Of a stretch of 41,124 nucleotides of DNA, positions 37,947 through 41,124 are shown piece by piece. Positions within the stretch are counted from its first letter, which is position 1, and the number at the start of each line of letters is the position of its first letter. Origin of the DNA: Bacteroidota bacterium (GTDB lineage: Bacteria; Bacteroidota; Bacteroidia; Flavobacteriales_D; JABDKJ01); contig JAJRRH010000154.1 in assembly GCA_024279715.1 (NCBI GenBank), positions 1 through 41,124 of the forward strand, in the 5' to 3' direction. The notes beneath the pieces are model-generated. The model made no database searches and was not told the origin of the DNA. It saw only the letters and a list, made by a program, of their open reading frames with translations. A program made the position numbers and the translations under genes.

Positions 37947-38105
37947 TGTAGCGGCGAAGGTAAGGTTTTTTTGTTTGAGAATTTTTTTTCCGAATAGTCG
38001 AACTTAAGGAATCTCTTTTTGCGCTTCGCATTCTTTCCTTCTAGGGTTAATTAAATGGGGGTTCGACGGTTCTATCTTAAAAATTTGCGGCAAAAGAACG
38101 ACGGC

Positions 38106-39029
38106 TTATATAATGTTCAATGTCTGATTTTTATCCCGATGAAGCTGAACAACCAAATCTTCAATCGAGTCAAACTTCCTTTCATCACGTAGCTTCTTGA
38201 TGATACAAACAGAGACTGTCCTTCCATAAATCTCTTTTGAAAAGTCAAACAAGTGAACTTCAACCGTTTTCTCTGTAGGATCATCGTTCATGGTGGGCTT
38301 ATATCCAATATTGAGCATACCCAGATGCCTTTCACCATCCACAGATGCATGGACTGCAAAGACCCCAGTATCAGGAAGTATCTTATCCTTATTCACATGT
38401 AAATTGGCCGTAGGAAAACCAATTTTACGACCTCTTTTATTGCCGTGCTCTACCTCTCCTTTAAAAATATAGTCATGACCTAAGTACAATGAAGCTTTTA
38501 CCATATCTCCATTATAAATGGCTTTTCGGATTTTGGTGGAACTTACATTGATATCTTCGATTGCTTTTGCTGAAATTTCTTCTACCTCATATTGATATGT
38601 TGATGACAAATCCTGAATCAAAGCAAAATCCCCTTCCCTATTTCTGCCATAACGATGATCGTATCCAACTACTACAGTATGGGCACTGACACCATTCACC
38701 AATAGATCTCTTATGTATAACTCGGGTTTCATCCGAGCGAAATCCTCCGTGAATGGGTGGATGATAAGATGTTGTAATCCTGCTTTTTTGAGTAACTCAA
38801 TCTTTTCGTTCATCGTAGTTATCATTTCCAATGATCGATATGGTGATAGTACTTTTCTAGGATGCGGATCGAAAGTTAGCAATACAGACTGACCTCCAAT
38901 CTCCTGCGCTATTTCATTGATACGACCTATTATTTTTTGATGTCCAATATGCACACCATCAAATGTTCCGATGGTTAGTACAGGTTTTACAATGTTCCGA
39001 AACTCGGACAGTCCTTGGTAAACTTTCAA
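38106..39029 (-). CDS. ribF: Bifunctional riboflavin kinase/FAD synthetase
   Basis: TIGTFDGVHIGH, TFDPHP, VGYDHRYG, SSTKIR, GRKIGFPTAN, EVHLFDF and LRDE.KF. Start set at TTG 39029 because the TTG at 39053 lies inside the TAGTTTTG promoter. Confidence 0.97.
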   Translation of the reverse strand: MKVYQGLSEFRNIVKPVLTIGTFDGVHIGHQKIIGRINEIAQEIGGQSVLLTFDPHPRKVLSPYRSLEMITTMNEKIELLKKAGLQHLIIHPFTEDFARMKPELYIRDLLVNGVSAHTVVVGYDHRYGRNREGDFALIQDLSSTYQYEVEEISAKAIEDINVSSTKIRKAIYNGDMVKASLYLGHDYIFKGEVEHGNKRGRKIGFPTANLHVNKDKILPDTGVFAVHASVDGERHLGMLNIGYKPTMNDDPTEKTVEVHLFDFSKEIYGRTVSVCIIKKLRDERKFDSIEDLVVQLHRDKNQTLNII

Positions 39030-39102
39030 ATGTGCAGCTATTAAGTTTGGCAAAACTAGTTAAATTATCCCAAATATACCCGCCTAAGTTCAATCAAAAA
39101 AG

Positions 39103-39124
39103 TATTTTAGCATTTGCTAAAGTA
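39103..39124. promoter_or_regulatory. Putative ArsR/SmtB operator
   Basis: TATTTTAGCA-TT-TGCTAAAGTA, an inverted repeat with a 2-nt spacer over the -33 region of the TACTTTTG (39137-39144) promoter. Confidence 0.7.
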
Positions 39125-39148
39125 TGATAATAATACTACTTTTGTTGT

Positions 39149-39523
39149 ATGAAAAAAGTGACTTGCGTACGATTAGAAGCTAACGAGAAACAAATTCAAC
39201 GATGCCATGAGTCTATTCGCCTTGTTGAAGTCCATATTATTGAATTGGCAAACGTTCTGAATCTTGTTGGAAATGCTGTTCGACTCAAAATAGTGTATTT
39301 ACTGCATGCTGAAAAAGAATTATGTGTATGCGATATAAGCGATGTGCTACAGATGAACGTTTCGGCCATCAGCCAACACTTAAGAAAATTAAAAGATGGC
39401 GACCTTGTCACAGCCAAGAAGGAGGGGCAAACAATTTATTATTCGATAAAAGAGGATTATAGAAAGACGCTTTCTCCGATTTTTAGGCAGATAAATTCAC
39501 TGAAAAAAATGGAATTGGTATGA
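39149..39523 (+). CDS. ArsR/SmtB family metal-sensing repressor
   Basis: RLKI..LL, ELCVCDI, SAISQHLRKLK..LV...K.GQTIYYS, plus N-terminal Cys residues (TCVR...QRC). Confidence 0.93.
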   Translation: MKKVTCVRLEANEKQIQRCHESIRLVEVHIIELANVLNLVGNAVRLKIVYLLHAEKELCVCDISDVLQMNVSAISQHLRKLKDGDLVTAKKEGQTIYYSIKEDYRKTLSPIFRQINSLKKMELV

Positions 39524-40104
39524 AAAAGGAAAATGCGGTTTTAGGCTCGGGTGTTATAGCAGCGTTAGCAGCATCTTCTTGTTGTATCCCACCTGTGGTT
39601 GCAGCCATAGCGGGAATTGGAGGTGTCTCTTCAGGGCTTTCCTGGATGGAACCCTTGCGCCCCTATATGATTGGTCTGGCTGTAGTTTCTATCGGCTACG
39701 CTTGGTATGACCACCTTAAACCCAAAAAAGAGACGGATTGTTGCCCCTTAGAAAAACCAAAATTTTATCAAAGTCGAAGTTTTCTCATTGGTATCACACT
39801 TTTTTCTCTAATCTCGATTGGGTTTCCATACTTTACAAAGGATTATTTTCCAGAGAAACTAACCAACGACACCATCGTTACGACGGAAGAAAATATGGAG
39901 GAAAAGCGAATTGAAATAGAAGGAATGACATGTGTAAGTTGTGAGCATCACATGAATACTGCACTAATGAATTCAGACGGTGTAATAGAAGCTTCCTCAT
40001 CTTTTGAAGAAGGATATACAAACGTACGATATGACAAAACCAAGACTGACTTAGAAACACTTAAAAAGCAAATCGAGAACGAAACTGGCTATAAAACAAA
40101 ATAA
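39520..40104 (+). CDS. merTP: Mercuric transport protein, MerT-MerP fusion
   Basis: MerT part AASSCCIPP...EPLRPY...DCC with 3 TM helices, fused to an HMA domain GMTCVSC. Confidence 0.88.
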   Translation: MKKENAVLGSGVIAALAASSCCIPPVVAAIAGIGGVSSGLSWMEPLRPYMIGLAVVSIGYAWYDHLKPKKETDCCPLEKPKFYQSRSFLIGITLFSLISIGFPYFTKDYFPEKLTNDTIVTTEENMEEKRIEIEGMTCVSCEHHMNTALMNSDGVIEASSSFEEGYTNVRYDKTKTDLETLKKQIENETGYKTK

Positions 40105-40113
40105 ACCAACAAT

Positions 40114-40344
40114 ATGAATAAAAATATCATTCTACAATCCACGCTTACCTGTCCGTTTTGCCATCATCAGAAGGAGGAAACAATGCCAACTGATTCGTGT
40201 CAGTTTTTTTACCAATGTGAAAAATGCGACAAGGTGATGAAAGCCAAAGAAGGAGACTGCTGCGTTTATTGCTCTTATGGGACGGTAGCATGTCCACCGA
40301 TACAAGAGGACGTCAGTTGTGAGGATAATAACTGTTGCAGTTAA
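40114..40344 (+). CDS. GDCCVxC domain-containing Cys-rich protein
   Basis: TCPFC..MPTDSCQFFY.C..C......GDCCVYCSYG...CPP. 12 Cys in 76 aa. Confidence 0.88.
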   Translation: MNKNIILQSTLTCPFCHHQKEETMPTDSCQFFYQCEKCDKVMKAKEGDCCVYCSYGTVACPPIQEDVSCEDNNCCS

Positions 40345-40363
40345 TACTTATTCTTTATACATC

Positions 40364-41119
40364 ATGAAAAGAGTACTTTTTATTTTTTTGAACATGATTG
40401 CAGCAACTGCCTATTGCCAAGGGCCACCTATCAGTTGTGAAACCCCAGTTATGCTTGGACTTGAAGGAAATGGCATACGCACTTTTGGTAAGTTTATAAA
40501 AAAAGAACATAGTAACGTTTATATTCAACCCATTGGCATTCCTTACAATGTTACGACCAAGTTTCAAATAGGCAGCATCATACCATACAAGAGAGTTCGC
40601 CTAGCAGAAGAAGTAACAAATTCAGGTATTGCTGACGTGACTATTTTTGCTAAATATCAACTATTCAAAAAGGATATGACTGCGAAGACATTTAGAGTTT
40701 TAGTGAAAGTAAAACAGACCTTGCCTACTGGAACGCAAGTAAGTTCGAATCGATACAACACGTACTTCGGTCTAGTAATTGGTAGGGTTGCTTCGACTAT
40801 CGGAACATATGGAGACGTTGGCTTCATCTACAATTCGGAACAGGCTAGCGATAAAATAGCATACAACTTTTCTCTTGGCATTCCCTTATTAAAACCTCAA
40901 TATCCACAAAAACAAATCAATGTGTTTCTAGAATTTAATGGCAACTATTTAATAGACAATAAAGCCAATACTTTATTCTTCAGTCCAGGATTTCAATTTA
41001 TTCCAGGCAGACGAGTCTTGTTTGAAACAAGCTTTCAAAAACCAATAGTAGAAGATGAATCATCTTTGAATAAAACGAAATACAGAATGATTGTTGGTAC
41101 TCGTTTTTTAATAAATTAA
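40364..41119 (+). CDS. Putative outer-membrane beta-barrel / transporter
   Basis: Signal peptide ending AYC-Q, G.AD...FAKY, LPTG, LFFSPGFQF and terminal VGTRFL. Start set at ATG 40364. Confidence 0.6.
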   Translation: MKRVLFIFLNMIAATAYCQGPPISCETPVMLGLEGNGIRTFGKFIKKEHSNVYIQPIGIPYNVTTKFQIGSIIPYKRVRLAEEVTNSGIADVTIFAKYQLFKKDMTAKTFRVLVKVKQTLPTGTQVSSNRYNTYFGLVIGRVASTIGTYGDVGFIYNSEQASDKIAYNFSLGIPLLKPQYPQKQINVFLEFNGNYLIDNKANTLFFSPGFQFIPGRRVLFETSFQKPIVEDESSLNKTKYRMIVGTRFLIN

Positions 41120-41124
41120 ACTAA

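Noticed and set aside
38057-38067. GGTTCGA resembling a tRNA T-loop
   Set aside because: No cloverleaf, acceptor stem or anticodon arm can be built around it.
39030-39102. Possible FMN riboswitch for ribF
   Set aside because: The leader is too short and has no FMN aptamer motifs.
40114-40344. Selenocysteine recoding in the GDCCVxC protein
   Set aside because: All Cys codons are TGT/TGC and the stop is TAA.

Overview
AT-rich chromosomal window from a Bacteroidota bacterium, most likely a Flavobacteriales lineage. The assignment is inferred from repeated TAnnTTTG -7 promoters, T9SS C-terminal domains, a PorV-family gene and DUF3127. Most of the window is housekeeping: purD, purQ, udk, padR-pspC, SDR/redoxin/nitroreductase, an M23-LysM peptidase, ruvC, HIT, greA, ahcY, a PPTase, GGGP synthase and ribF. 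Five things stand out. (1) A 9.2-kb SusD-less cassette of TonB-dependent receptor, 1447-aa protein with a T9SS-like CTD, and a dedicated PorV paralogue (21150-30331). (2) A TPP-class riboswitch upstream of a TonB-dependent receptor whose pyrophosphate-sensing nucleotides are deleted or replaced. (3) An ORF-less promoter-to-terminator unit of about 90 nt (candidate sRNA) downstream of pspC. (4) A terminator hairpin directly after the greA promoter. (5) An ArsR-merTP-GDCCVxC-barrel metal-resistance operon at the right edge. No rRNA, tRNA, CRISPR array, transposase or integrase was recognised. All product calls come from motif and family recognition by eye, without database searches.
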